Shown: positions 29,337 through 37,845 of the stretch, one piece after another
How the letters are laid out: each line of letters begins with the position of its first letter
Numbering within the stretch: position 1 is the first letter of the stretch
From: an uncultured Prevotella sp.
GTDB lineage: Bacteria; Bacteroidota; Bacteroidia; Bacteroidales; Bacteroidaceae
Direction: 5' to 3'
NCBI GenBank assembly: GCA_900318625.1
Contig: ONLG01000002.1
Coordinates: 11,734 to 75,733 of the forward strand
DNA: 64,000 nt
Program-made: the position numbers and the translations under genes
The notes under the pieces: model-generated
Database searches by the model: none
The model's input: the letters and a program-made list of their open reading frames with translations, nothing else
Told to the model about the DNA's origin: nothing

Positions 29337-30443
29337 ATGATACAATTTCTTGACTTGCAGAAGATTACTGCCCGGCATGGCGAAGAGATAGCGCAAGCCG
29401 TGGGGGACGTGGTGGCCTCGGGATGGTTTCTCAAGGGCGAGCAGACTCGCCTTTTTGAGGAGGAGTATGCCCGATACACGGGCACTGAGCACTGCGTGGG
29501 CTGCGGCAACGGGCTCGATGCGCTGTCGCTTATCTACCGCGCCTACAAGGAGATGGGGCTGCTCAGCGAAGGCGACGAGGTGATAGTGCCTGCCAACACA
29601 TACATAGCTTCAATACTGGCAGTCACGGAGAATGGACTCAAGCCGGTGCTTGCCGAGCCTCGCGCCGACACTATGGAGATTGACCCTGCCTGCCTGGAGC
29701 CACTGCTCTCGCCCAGAACGCGCTCACTGATGATTGTTCACCTCTATGGCCGCTGTGCTTACAGCGATGAAATCGGCGATTTTTGCACCAGACATGGCCT
29801 TTTGCTCGTCGAGGACAATGCTCAGGCACATGGCTGCCGCTGCGCCGACGGCAGGCGCACAGGGTCATTGGGTCATGCCGCAGGCCACAGCTTCTACCCC
29901 GGCAAGAACCTCGGGGCACTGGGCGACGGCGGTGCCGTAACCACCAACGACGCTCAGCTGGCCGACGTGGTGAGGACACTGGGCAACTATGGTTCTAAAG
30001 AGAAATACGTTTTCGACCTCAAGGGGCGCAACAGCCGCCTTGACGAGATACAGGCTGCCGTGCTGAGGACTAAGCTGCGCCATCTGGACGACGACAACCG
30101 CCATCGCCGCGAGATAGCACGCATCTATGAGGAAGGCATCGACAACAAAATGGTTGCCATGCCGCGTGTGATGGCCGACGGGCAGAACGTGTATCATCAG
30201 TTCCCGGTGCTCTGCCCTGAGCGCGACAGCCTGCAACAGCATCTGGCGGATAGCGGCGTGCAGACACTTATCCACTACCCTATCCCTCCCCATCGGCAGA
30301 AATGCTATCGCGAATGGGGCGACATCAGCCTGCCCATAACCGAGAGGCTGCACCGCGAGGAGCTGAGCCTGCCCATCTCGCAAGTGATGACGCACGAGGA
30401 GGCCCGCAGCGTGGTGGCTGCGGTCAATGCCTTTGGCCGGTGA
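29337..30443 (+). CDS. DegT/DnrJ/EryC1/StrS aminotransferase
   Basis: EDNAQAHG, SFYPGKNLGALGDGG, NSRLDEIQAA. Confidence 0.93.
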   Translation: MIQFLDLQKITARHGEEIAQAVGDVVASGWFLKGEQTRLFEEEYARYTGTEHCVGCGNGLDALSLIYRAYKEMGLLSEGDEVIVPANTYIASILAVTENGLKPVLAEPRADTMEIDPACLEPLLSPRTRSLMIVHLYGRCAYSDEIGDFCTRHGLLLVEDNAQAHGCRCADGRRTGSLGHAAGHSFYPGKNLGALGDGGAVTTNDAQLADVVRTLGNYGSKEKYVFDLKGRNSRLDEIQAAVLRTKLRHLDDDNRHRREIARIYEEGIDNKMVAMPRVMADGQNVYHQFPVLCPERDSLQQHLADSGVQTLIHYPIPPHRQKCYREWGDISLPITERLHREELSLPISQVMTHEEARSVVAAVNAFGR

Positions 30444-31200
30444 TGCGCTCTTCGAGCAGCTTTGCCACGATGGTGAACTGATAGTGGGCATCGAGCACGG
30501 CATGGATAAAGCCGGGCAGCCCGTCGAGAAATCCCTTTTTCAGCACATACGACTTGATGAACCTGAAAGCGGGACGCGTCAGCAGCGCGCCCACGCCATA
30601 GCCACGGCTGCGTCGCCGCGGCACCTCGTAGTCGCTGTAGGTGTTGTTCTTGCGCAGGATGTCGGCCACGGTGTCGTTGGCAAGATGCTCGAAAGCCAGC
30701 TCCTTTCGCCCGCGCGGCAACCGCTCCACACGTCCGTCGACCTCGGGCGAGCAGTGTATCACCGGGGGCCACGTGGTCTTTGAACGTCGGAAGAAGCGCA
30801 GTATGTAGTCGGGATAGGCGCTGTGCATGAAGCGGCCCATGAAATAGTTGCGGCGCGGAATGGCTATTCCGTCGGGGCTGTCGGGCTCGGTGATGCGGCT
30901 GTAGAGATACCGGCGCAGTTCGTCGGTGACTATCTCGTCGGCATCAACCACGAGCACCCACTCTGTCGTGGCCTGCCGTATGGCAAAGTCGCGTGCCGGC
31001 TCCACTATGGTGTGCCCCTCCTTGGGGAATGTCACCACGCGGCAACCGTTGCGGCGGGCTATCTCCACCGTGTCATCGGTGCTCTCCATGTCGCACACCA
31101 GCACCTCGTCGAAGTCGTGCACAGCCTGCAACACCCTCTCAAGATACCTCGCAGCATTGTAGGTATTGATTACAACGGTAATCTTATTGTCGTTGGTCAT
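30424..31200 (-). CDS. GT2 glycosyltransferase
   Basis: VVINTYN, DMESTDDT, VDADE. Confidence 0.9.
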   Translation of the reverse strand: MTNDNKITVVINTYNAARYLERVLQAVHDFDEVLVCDMESTDDTVEIARRNGCRVVTFPKEGHTIVEPARDFAIRQATTEWVLVVDADEIVTDELRRYLYSRITEPDSPDGIAIPRRNYFMGRFMHSAYPDYILRFFRRSKTTWPPVIHCSPEVDGRVERLPRGRKELAFEHLANDTVADILRKNNTYSDYEVPRRRSRGYGVGALLTRPAFRFIKSYVLKKGFLDGLPGFIHAVLDAHYQFTIVAKLLEERITGQRH

Positions 31201-31202
31201 AA

Positions 31203-31823
31203 CTATTTGTTGTTGTTTTTTGGTTTTAGTGATGGGAGCTCTTCTTGCCCATTGCTCCCCCCATAGCCATTCCTCCGCAGCCACTCTTTTCGCGCGCGGT
31301 ACATCTCTTCCTTGATGCCGCCTTTCTCTTTGAAGGCACGCTTCTTCCATTCTATGAGCCCACGGATAAGCACATCACACTGGTGGATAAGGGTGATGGC
31401 TATGTTGGCTATCGTCTCGTCTGAACGCTCTTTGATTTTCTCGCGGTAAACCGAAGACTCCAGATGGGCTTTGCAGAAGGCACGGGTCTTTATGCAACGG
31501 GCATCGTCGTACTTCCATTGCTCCAATCCACGGACGCGCAAGTAGTCCTCGTAGTCTAACAACAGCTCATGGAGCGATGCTCGGTTCACATTGGTCAGCT
31601 TCAGCTCCATCTCGCGCGATGTGTTGCCATCGATATTTCCTTCTGCAAGGTTCTGCTTGCCAGAACGGGCAGCCTGCACCATCTGGTCTATGGTGCGATC
31701 GCCGGGCTTCAGATACTTATGAGCGAAATAGTAGGTAACGTCGTAGATACATTCCGCCTTACGGAAAGCCTTCAACGAACGGTAGTCGTTGCCCTGCCAA
31801 AGAAAGTCTTTGTCCTCTTGCAT
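31203..31823 (-). CDS. Four-helix-bundle (IVS/Avd-like) protein with suffix domain
   Basis: DRTIDQMVQAARSGKQNLAEG, ELLLDYEDYL, GGIKEEM. Confidence 0.88.
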   Translation of the reverse strand: MQEDKDFLWQGNDYRSLKAFRKAECIYDVTYYFAHKYLKPGDRTIDQMVQAARSGKQNLAEGNIDGNTSREMELKLTNVNRASLHELLLDYEDYLRVRGLEQWKYDDARCIKTRAFCKAHLESSVYREKIKERSDETIANIAITLIHQCDVLIRGLIEWKKRAFKEKGGIKEEMYRARKEWLRRNGYGGSNGQEELPSLKPKNNNK

Positions 31824-31976
31824 AGCTTCTTTTCTTGCCTGCTGACCGCCTAAACAGTTACAGGCAGCAGCATCTCAGAACACAAAAGTACAAAAAACTA
31901 TATTACATAACCTACTCGCGCTCGGAAAAACAAAATCAATTTTGCTTTTCGCGCACTTAATCGTAACTTTGCAATC

Positions 31977-33218
31977 ATGTTGAAGAAAATAAAGACGTTG
32001 CTTGCGAAGCCTTTCTTCCACAGCAACACCACAATCTTCTGGCTGTGGACACTGCTTGCGCTGGTGGCAATGACGAAGCTGCGCCACGGCCACAACAACA
32101 ACTTCCTGGTGTTCCGCTACGTGTTCTGGCACACCATAAACGGCCAGTCGCTCTATGCCGAATATCCCGAATACTTCGACATCAACCACTACGGGCCGGT
32201 GTTCTCGTTGGTAGTGGCTCCCTTTGCATGGGAACCGGTGTGGTTGGGTATGCTTCTGTGGCTCGTGGCACTGGCATGGCTGCTGTTCTTTGCCGTGAAG
32301 CACTCCACGCTGAGCACTGGCCAACGGGTGTTCGTTGGGTGGTTCTGCGCCCATGAGCTGCTGGCGGCTCTGTTCATGCAGCAGTTCAACATAGCCATCG
32401 TGGCCTTGCTCCTGATGGCGTTCTGGGCCATAGAGCGCGAGAAGGAACCCTGGGCGGCGTTCTGCATCATGCTCGGCACGATGGTGAAGCTCTACGGTAT
32501 CGTCGGACTGGCGTTCTTCCTGTTCTCGAAACACAGAGGCAAGCTCGTGATGTGGCTCGCTATATGGGCTGCCGTGATGTTTGCAGCCCCAATGCTGATA
32601 AGCAGTCCTGAGAATGTGGTGGGGCAATATGCCGAATGGTACGACAATCTGGTGACGAAGAACCAAGGCAATATGTTCGCCTCGGCGCAGAACATATCGC
32701 TTTTAGGCATGGTGAGGAAGCTCAGCGGCGTGGCTACCTACTCCGACTTGTGGCTCATAGTGCCGGGAATGGTGCTGTTTGCGCTTCCCCTGCTACGCCT
32801 GAGCCAGTACCGCCACCTGGGCTTCAGGCAGACATTGCTGGCCTCGGTGCTGATGTTTGTGGTGCTCTTCAGCACCGGAACGGAGAACAGCGGCTACGTG
32901 ATAGCCCTTGTGGGCGTGGTGATATGGTATGTTGCCGCCCCGTGGAAGCGCTCACGATGGGATGTGGCACTGATGGTGTATGCTCTCATTGGCTGTAGCT
33001 TTGCCCACAGCGACCTCTTTCCGCACTCGCTGCGCGACAACATCATACGCCCATACGCACTGAAAGCCCTGCCGATAGCAATAATCTGGTTCAAGCTGTG
33101 CTACGAAATGGCCGTCAGGAAGTATGATGCCGCAGAAACGGAAGCTGAGCCGAATGACTTGAAGGCCGAGCCAGCCAAAGAATTGAACTACAATACGAGC
33201 ACAATCGGGAAGTTATAG
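31977..33218 (+). CDS. GT87/DUF2029 membrane glycosyltransferase
   Basis: Multi-TM, NNFLVF, YGPVFS, VKLYGIVG. Confidence 0.8.
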   Translation: MLKKIKTLLAKPFFHSNTTIFWLWTLLALVAMTKLRHGHNNNFLVFRYVFWHTINGQSLYAEYPEYFDINHYGPVFSLVVAPFAWEPVWLGMLLWLVALAWLLFFAVKHSTLSTGQRVFVGWFCAHELLAALFMQQFNIAIVALLLMAFWAIEREKEPWAAFCIMLGTMVKLYGIVGLAFFLFSKHRGKLVMWLAIWAAVMFAAPMLISSPENVVGQYAEWYDNLVTKNQGNMFASAQNISLLGMVRKLSGVATYSDLWLIVPGMVLFALPLLRLSQYRHLGFRQTLLASVLMFVVLFSTGTENSGYVIALVGVVIWYVAAPWKRSRWDVALMVYALIGCSFAHSDLFPHSLRDNIIRPYALKALPIAIIWFKLCYEMAVRKYDAAETEAEPNDLKAEPAKELNYNTSTIGKL

Positions 33219-33248
33219 CTACCTTTGCATCTGTAAACTATTGTCCGC

Positions 33249-34034
33249 ATGATACTTCTTAGTTTCGATACTGAAGAATTTGAGGTGCCTCGCGAGCATC
33301 ACACCAGCATCACCCTCGAAGAGGGGATGAAGGTTTCGCGCTATGGCACCAACCAGATACTCGACTGCTTAGAGGCCAATGGCGTGAAGGCAACCTTCTT
33401 CTGCACCGGCAACTTCGCAGAAAATGCGCCGGAGGTAATGCGCCGCATTGTCGACGGAGGGCACGAAGTGGCGAGCCACGGCGTAGACCACTGGCAGCCA
33501 AAGGAGAGCGACGTGCCACGCTCGAAACAGATTATAGAGCGCATCACAGGCCAGACGGTCTACGGCTACCGCCAACCGAGGATGTTCCCGGTGAGCAACG
33601 ACGTGCTGCGCCAGGCCGGATATGAATACAACTCGTCGCTCAACCCTGCGTTCATACCGGGCCGCTATATGCACCTCAGCGAACCGCGGACATGGTTCCG
33701 ACGCGACGGACTGCTGCATATTCCTGCCAGCGTGACACCGCTGGTGCGCTTCCCGCTGTTCTGGCTCTCGCTGCACAACCTGCCGCAACGACTCTACCAC
33801 TGGCTTGTGCGCCGCACACTGCGTCACGACGGCTACTTCGTCACCTACTTCCACCCCTGGGAATTCTTTGAGCTGAACGACCATCCGGAGTTCAACATCC
33901 CCTATATCATCCGCCACAACAGCGGCAGAAAGATGCAGCAACGCCTCGACAGCCTCATCAAGATGCTGAAAGAAGAAGGCGAGGAGTTCGTCACGTTCAG
34001 GGAGTTCATACTGAAAGCAGTAGACAAGGAGTGA
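33249..34034 (+). CDS. Polysaccharide deacetylase
   Basis: LSFDTEE, ATFF, HEVASHG, YFHPWE. Confidence 0.9.
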   Translation: MILLSFDTEEFEVPREHHTSITLEEGMKVSRYGTNQILDCLEANGVKATFFCTGNFAENAPEVMRRIVDGGHEVASHGVDHWQPKESDVPRSKQIIERITGQTVYGYRQPRMFPVSNDVLRQAGYEYNSSLNPAFIPGRYMHLSEPRTWFRRDGLLHIPASVTPLVRFPLFWLSLHNLPQRLYHWLVRRTLRHDGYFVTYFHPWEFFELNDHPEFNIPYIIRHNSGRKMQQRLDSLIKMLKEEGEEFVTFREFILKAVDKE

Positions 34035-34068
34035 GATTTGTTACACCTGATGCCATTTCCAGAGCTTA

Positions 34069-35223
34069 ATGATTGACCGCAACACGATAATAGGCTTCGA
34101 TGCAAAGCGCATTGTGAGCAACAACACGGGACTGGGGAGCTACAGCCGCACCCTGGTCAACGACCTTGCTGCTGCCACAGAAGCGCGGCTGCTGCTCTTT
34201 GCACCCACGAGCGGCAACACGGAACTGCGCCGGCAGATTGCAGTGCGCGAGAATGTGGAATTTGTTTATCCTCGTTATCTGTTCGACAACCGCCTGTGGC
34301 ACAAGCTGGCGGGGTCGCGGTGGCGGTCGGCAGGCATGGTCGACGACCTTGCAAAGCACAACGTGGCCCTGTTCCACGGTCTGTCGGGCGAGCTGCCAAA
34401 GGGCCTCAAAGCCAGCGGAACGGCATCGGTTGTCACCATACACGACCTTATCTTCCTGCGCCATCCAGAGTTCTATAATCCCATCGACGTGGCTATCTAC
34501 CGCCGGAAGTTCCTTCGCACCCTTGCCGAAGCCGACAGGATAATAGCCATAAGCGAGTGTACCAAGCGCGACATACTGCACTACGGCGAGTTTGCCGAGG
34601 ACAAAATCAGCGTTATCTACCAGAGTTGCGGAACGCGGTTCGGTGCTCCCGTGCCCGAGGGTGAGCTGCAGGAAGCCGCACGCCGCTACCACCTGCCCGA
34701 ACACTATATGCTGTGCGTGGGAACCATCGAGGAGCGCAAGAACGCTGCACTGGCGGTGAAGGCTCTGCCCCTGCTGCCGCGCGAGCTGCATCTGGTGGTG
34801 CTCGGACGGCCTACTAAATATAAAAAGGTGGTTGAGAACGAGGCTATGCGCCTTGGCGTAGCCGACCGTCTCCATTTCCTTCACGGCGTGGCCAACGACC
34901 ATCTGGCTGCCATCTACCGACAGGCCGACTGCTTTGTATATCCCTCACGCTACGAAGGGTTCGGTATTCCGATTATTGAAGCCATACAAAGCGGTCTTCC
35001 CGTAGTGGCTGCCACGGGCTCATGCCTTGAAGAGGCAGGCGGTCCCGACAGCCTGTACGTATCGCCCGACGATGCCGAAGCCCTTGCTGCGGCTGTCGTA
35101 AGGAGCATAGACGAACGGCAGATGCGCGTGGAACGCAGCCGCAACTATGTGAAAAGGTTTGAGAATACGGGTGTTGCCCGTCAGGTTATGGGCATCTACG
35201 AAGACTTGCTTTCCCGGAAATAG
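34069..35223 (+). CDS. GT4 glycosyltransferase
   Basis: VTIHDL, GTIEERKN, YEGFGIPIIEA. Confidence 0.92.
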   Translation: MIDRNTIIGFDAKRIVSNNTGLGSYSRTLVNDLAAATEARLLLFAPTSGNTELRRQIAVRENVEFVYPRYLFDNRLWHKLAGSRWRSAGMVDDLAKHNVALFHGLSGELPKGLKASGTASVVTIHDLIFLRHPEFYNPIDVAIYRRKFLRTLAEADRIIAISECTKRDILHYGEFAEDKISVIYQSCGTRFGAPVPEGELQEAARRYHLPEHYMLCVGTIEERKNAALAVKALPLLPRELHLVVLGRPTKYKKVVENEAMRLGVADRLHFLHGVANDHLAAIYRQADCFVYPSRYEGFGIPIIEAIQSGLPVVAATGSCLEEAGGPDSLYVSPDDAEALAAAVVRSIDERQMRVERSRNYVKRFENTGVARQVMGIYEDLLSRK

Positions 35224-35235
35224 GCCGAAGCAAGG

Positions 35236-36075
35236 CTATTCCAAGTCAATATGGCGCACGTTGATGTCCTCGTGGAGGAAGATGCGCGCCGACTCCTTGA
35301 ACTTGTCTGGGTTTTCAGTGGTGTAGTACTGGCACCGCGCCGACTTCGTCAGCAGGCTGTCGATGGCAGGGTGGCGGTGCAGATAGTTCTGCAAGCTCTC
35401 GGCCACATACTCGCCCTGTGGCACTATGCGCACTCCAGGACGGATATATTTCAGTATCTTGGGCATGAGAATGGGATAGTGCGTGCATCCCAGGATGACG
35501 GTGTCAATGAGCGGGTCGAGCCGCATGAGGTGGTCGAGGCGCTTCTTAACGAAGTAGTCGGCACCCGGCGAGTCGGCCTCATTGTTCTCTATTATAGGCA
35601 CCCAGAGGGGGCACGCCACTCCCGTCACGCTGATGTCGGGGTGCAGCTTCTGTATCTCGAGCCGGTAGCTGTCGCTCTTGACGGTGCCTTCGGTGGCCAG
35701 CAGACCCACATGGCGCGTCTGCGTGAGGTCGCCGATGACCTCTGCCGTAGGGCGTATGACACCGAGCACGCGGCGGTCGGGAGCCAGACGGGGCAGGTCG
35801 CGCTGCTGAATGGTGCGCAGAGCCTTGGCCGAGGCGGTGTTGCAACCAAGGATAACGAGCTGGCAACCCAGCTCGAAGAGCTTCAGCACAGCCTGTCGCG
35901 TGAACTGATAGACCACCTCGAACGAGCGCGAACCGTATGGAGCACGCGCATTGTCGCCCAGATATATGTAGTCATATTCGGGCAAAAGCTGTCGTATTCC
36001 GTGCAGGATAGTAAGTCCGCCGTAGCCGGAATCGAACACGCCTATCGGTCCTTGTGTGGCTGGAAATGCTGTCAC
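35236..36075 (-). CDS. murI: Glutamate racemase
   Basis: FDSGYGG, CNTAS, LGCTHYP. Confidence 0.96.
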   Translation of the reverse strand: MTAFPATQGPIGVFDSGYGGLTILHGIRQLLPEYDYIYLGDNARAPYGSRSFEVVYQFTRQAVLKLFELGCQLVILGCNTASAKALRTIQQRDLPRLAPDRRVLGVIRPTAEVIGDLTQTRHVGLLATEGTVKSDSYRLEIQKLHPDISVTGVACPLWVPIIENNEADSPGADYFVKKRLDHLMRLDPLIDTVILGCTHYPILMPKILKYIRPGVRIVPQGEYVAESLQNYLHRHPAIDSLLTKSARCQYYTTENPDKFKESARIFLHEDINVRHIDLE

Positions 36076-36605
36076 TTCTTCAGTTTCTCAATTATCAGTT
36101 CGGTTATATCGTCGCAGAGAGCCGGGTCGGTGTATGGAAGGGCATTGCCGTCGGCATTGAGCACGAACGCATATTGCCGTTCATTACCGATTGCCTTGAC
36201 AGCTGCATCAATACTTGCAGCTATCTTCTGCATCAGGCTGTCTTGCTGCTGGGCAAGCTGTTGCTCACATTCCTTGCGGAAAGCCACGTTGCGGTCCATC
36301 ATCTCCTGTAGCTCCATCTGGCGCTTTTTGTATATTGCCGGAGCAAAGGAACGCTGCCCCTCAAGGAAATCCTCATACTTCTCGTTGAACTCCTGGGCAG
36401 CCCGCTCGGCCTCATCTGCATACTGTCTGCGCAGTTCCTCTACCTTCTGGCGTGCCTGCTGAGCCTGTGGCAGAGCGTTCCACACACGCTCGGAGCTGAA
36501 GAAAGCATAGCGCACAGTCTGGGCCTGAGCCGACAGCATACAGAAAACAGCAAGCACAGCCGACAGCACAAGGCGCTTCATAGAGGTTCTCATCGTGGTT
36601 TTCAT
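36072..36605 (-). CDS. OmpH/Skp family protein
   Basis: Signal peptide, coiled coil, DITELIIEKL end, synteny. Confidence 0.8.
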   Translation of the reverse strand: MKTTMRTSMKRLVLSAVLAVFCMLSAQAQTVRYAFFSSERVWNALPQAQQARQKVEELRRQYADEAERAAQEFNEKYEDFLEGQRSFAPAIYKKRQMELQEMMDRNVAFRKECEQQLAQQQDSLMQKIAASIDAAVKAIGNERQYAFVLNADGNALPYTDPALCDDITELIIEKLKK

Positions 36606-36674
36606 AAAATTGCGGGAGAATAACCGCAACCTGTTAAGGCCCGGTATTCTCCCATAAACGGTGTGTAAGTGGGT

Positions 36675-37178
36675 TTACTTTATCTTGTTGAGCTCAACCT
36701 TCACTTCCGCAGTAACGTCCTTGCTCAGTGCTTCGTTGATATAGAGAGGCTGTCCGGCTGCTTTCTCCATTATGTAGGTATAGCCTCCGTTCTTAGCAAC
36801 ATGCTCGATGGCAGTGCGCACCTTTGCGAGAATCGGGCCGAGCTTCTCCTGCTGCAGCTTGTTGAACTGCTGCTGGTTGTCCTGTGCGGTCTGCTGAATC
36901 TTCTGATACATATCCTGCAGAGCCTGCTCTTCCTTAGCCTGGTCGGTAGCCGACATTCCGCTCTTCTTCTTGTCGTAGGCCTCAGCCTTGCGCTGGAGCT
37001 CGTCCTGCATCTCCTTCAGGCCGTTCTCGAAGATCTTTCCCTGAGCCTCAAGCTCGCCCTGAACCTTAATAGCCTCGGGCAAAGATGAAATCAGAGCCTG
37101 CGAGTCAAGGTGTCCAAACTTCTGTGCGAACATTGTCATAGGAGCACAGAGCATCAACATTAAAACTAACTTTTTCAT
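36675..37178 (-). CDS. OmpH/Skp family protein
   Basis: AQKFGHLD, coiled coil, DVTAEVK. Confidence 0.9.
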   Translation of the reverse strand: MKKLVLMLMLCAPMTMFAQKFGHLDSQALISSLPEAIKVQGELEAQGKIFENGLKEMQDELQRKAEAYDKKKSGMSATDQAKEEQALQDMYQKIQQTAQDNQQQFNKLQQEKLGPILAKVRTAIEHVAKNGGYTYIMEKAAGQPLYINEALSKDVTAEVKVELNKIK

Positions 37179-37223
37179 TTTCTTTCGTGTTTTTATTATT
37201 ATTGTTATTGTTTTGTCGGATGA

Positions 37224-37736
37224 TTAGTTGGCATATCCCAGCTTCTGGAGCACTTCGTTGCTGATGTCGATCTTTGGCGAACCGAAGATTATGCCGGCGT
37301 TTGATGCACGGTCTACAACGAGCGAGTAGCCACGCAACTCGGATATATCCTTCACAGCATTGTATATTTCCTCCTGGATAGGCGACAGCAGCGACGTGCG
37401 CTTCTTGAAGAGTTCGCCCTCCGGTCCGAAGTATTTGCGCTTGAGGTCGCTGGCTTCCTTCTCCTTCTGCATTATGGCTTCCTGCTTCTTTTTCTTGGCT
37501 TCCTGCGAGAGGAACACGCTTTCGTTCTGGTAGTTCTTATATAGAGTGCTTGCCTCTGTATTGAGAGCTTCCACCTCAGCCTGCCATTTCTTCGACACTT
37601 GGTTGAGCTGTTCGTTGGCGCGCTCATAGGCCGGAACATTCTTCAGGACATATTCCATATCGATAAGTGCAAACTTCTGTGCGCTGGCAGCCACCGCTAC
37701 GATGGCGAGCAAGCAAGTGATAAATACTTTCTTCAT
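37224..37736 (-). CDS. OmpH/Skp family protein
   Basis: AQKFALIDMEY, YFGPEGELF, DISNEVL. Confidence 0.9.
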   Translation of the reverse strand: MKKVFITCLLAIVAVAASAQKFALIDMEYVLKNVPAYERANEQLNQVSKKWQAEVEALNTEASTLYKNYQNESVFLSQEAKKKKQEAIMQKEKEASDLKRKYFGPEGELFKKRTSLLSPIQEEIYNAVKDISELRGYSLVVDRASNAGIIFGSPKIDISNEVLQKLGYAN

Positions 37737-37845
37737 AGTCTTATTTATTACTGTTTACGGTTCTTTGACGCACGCTTCGGTGCAAAGTTATAGCTGCTTT
37801 TATATTTTTAACATTTAGTCCGCCTAACTGTCGCCTGCCGTTTCC

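Noticed and set aside
36072-37736. Triple ompH (and triple FKBP at 60235-62663) as novelty
   Set aside because: Tandem paralogs at these loci are commonplace in Bacteroidales
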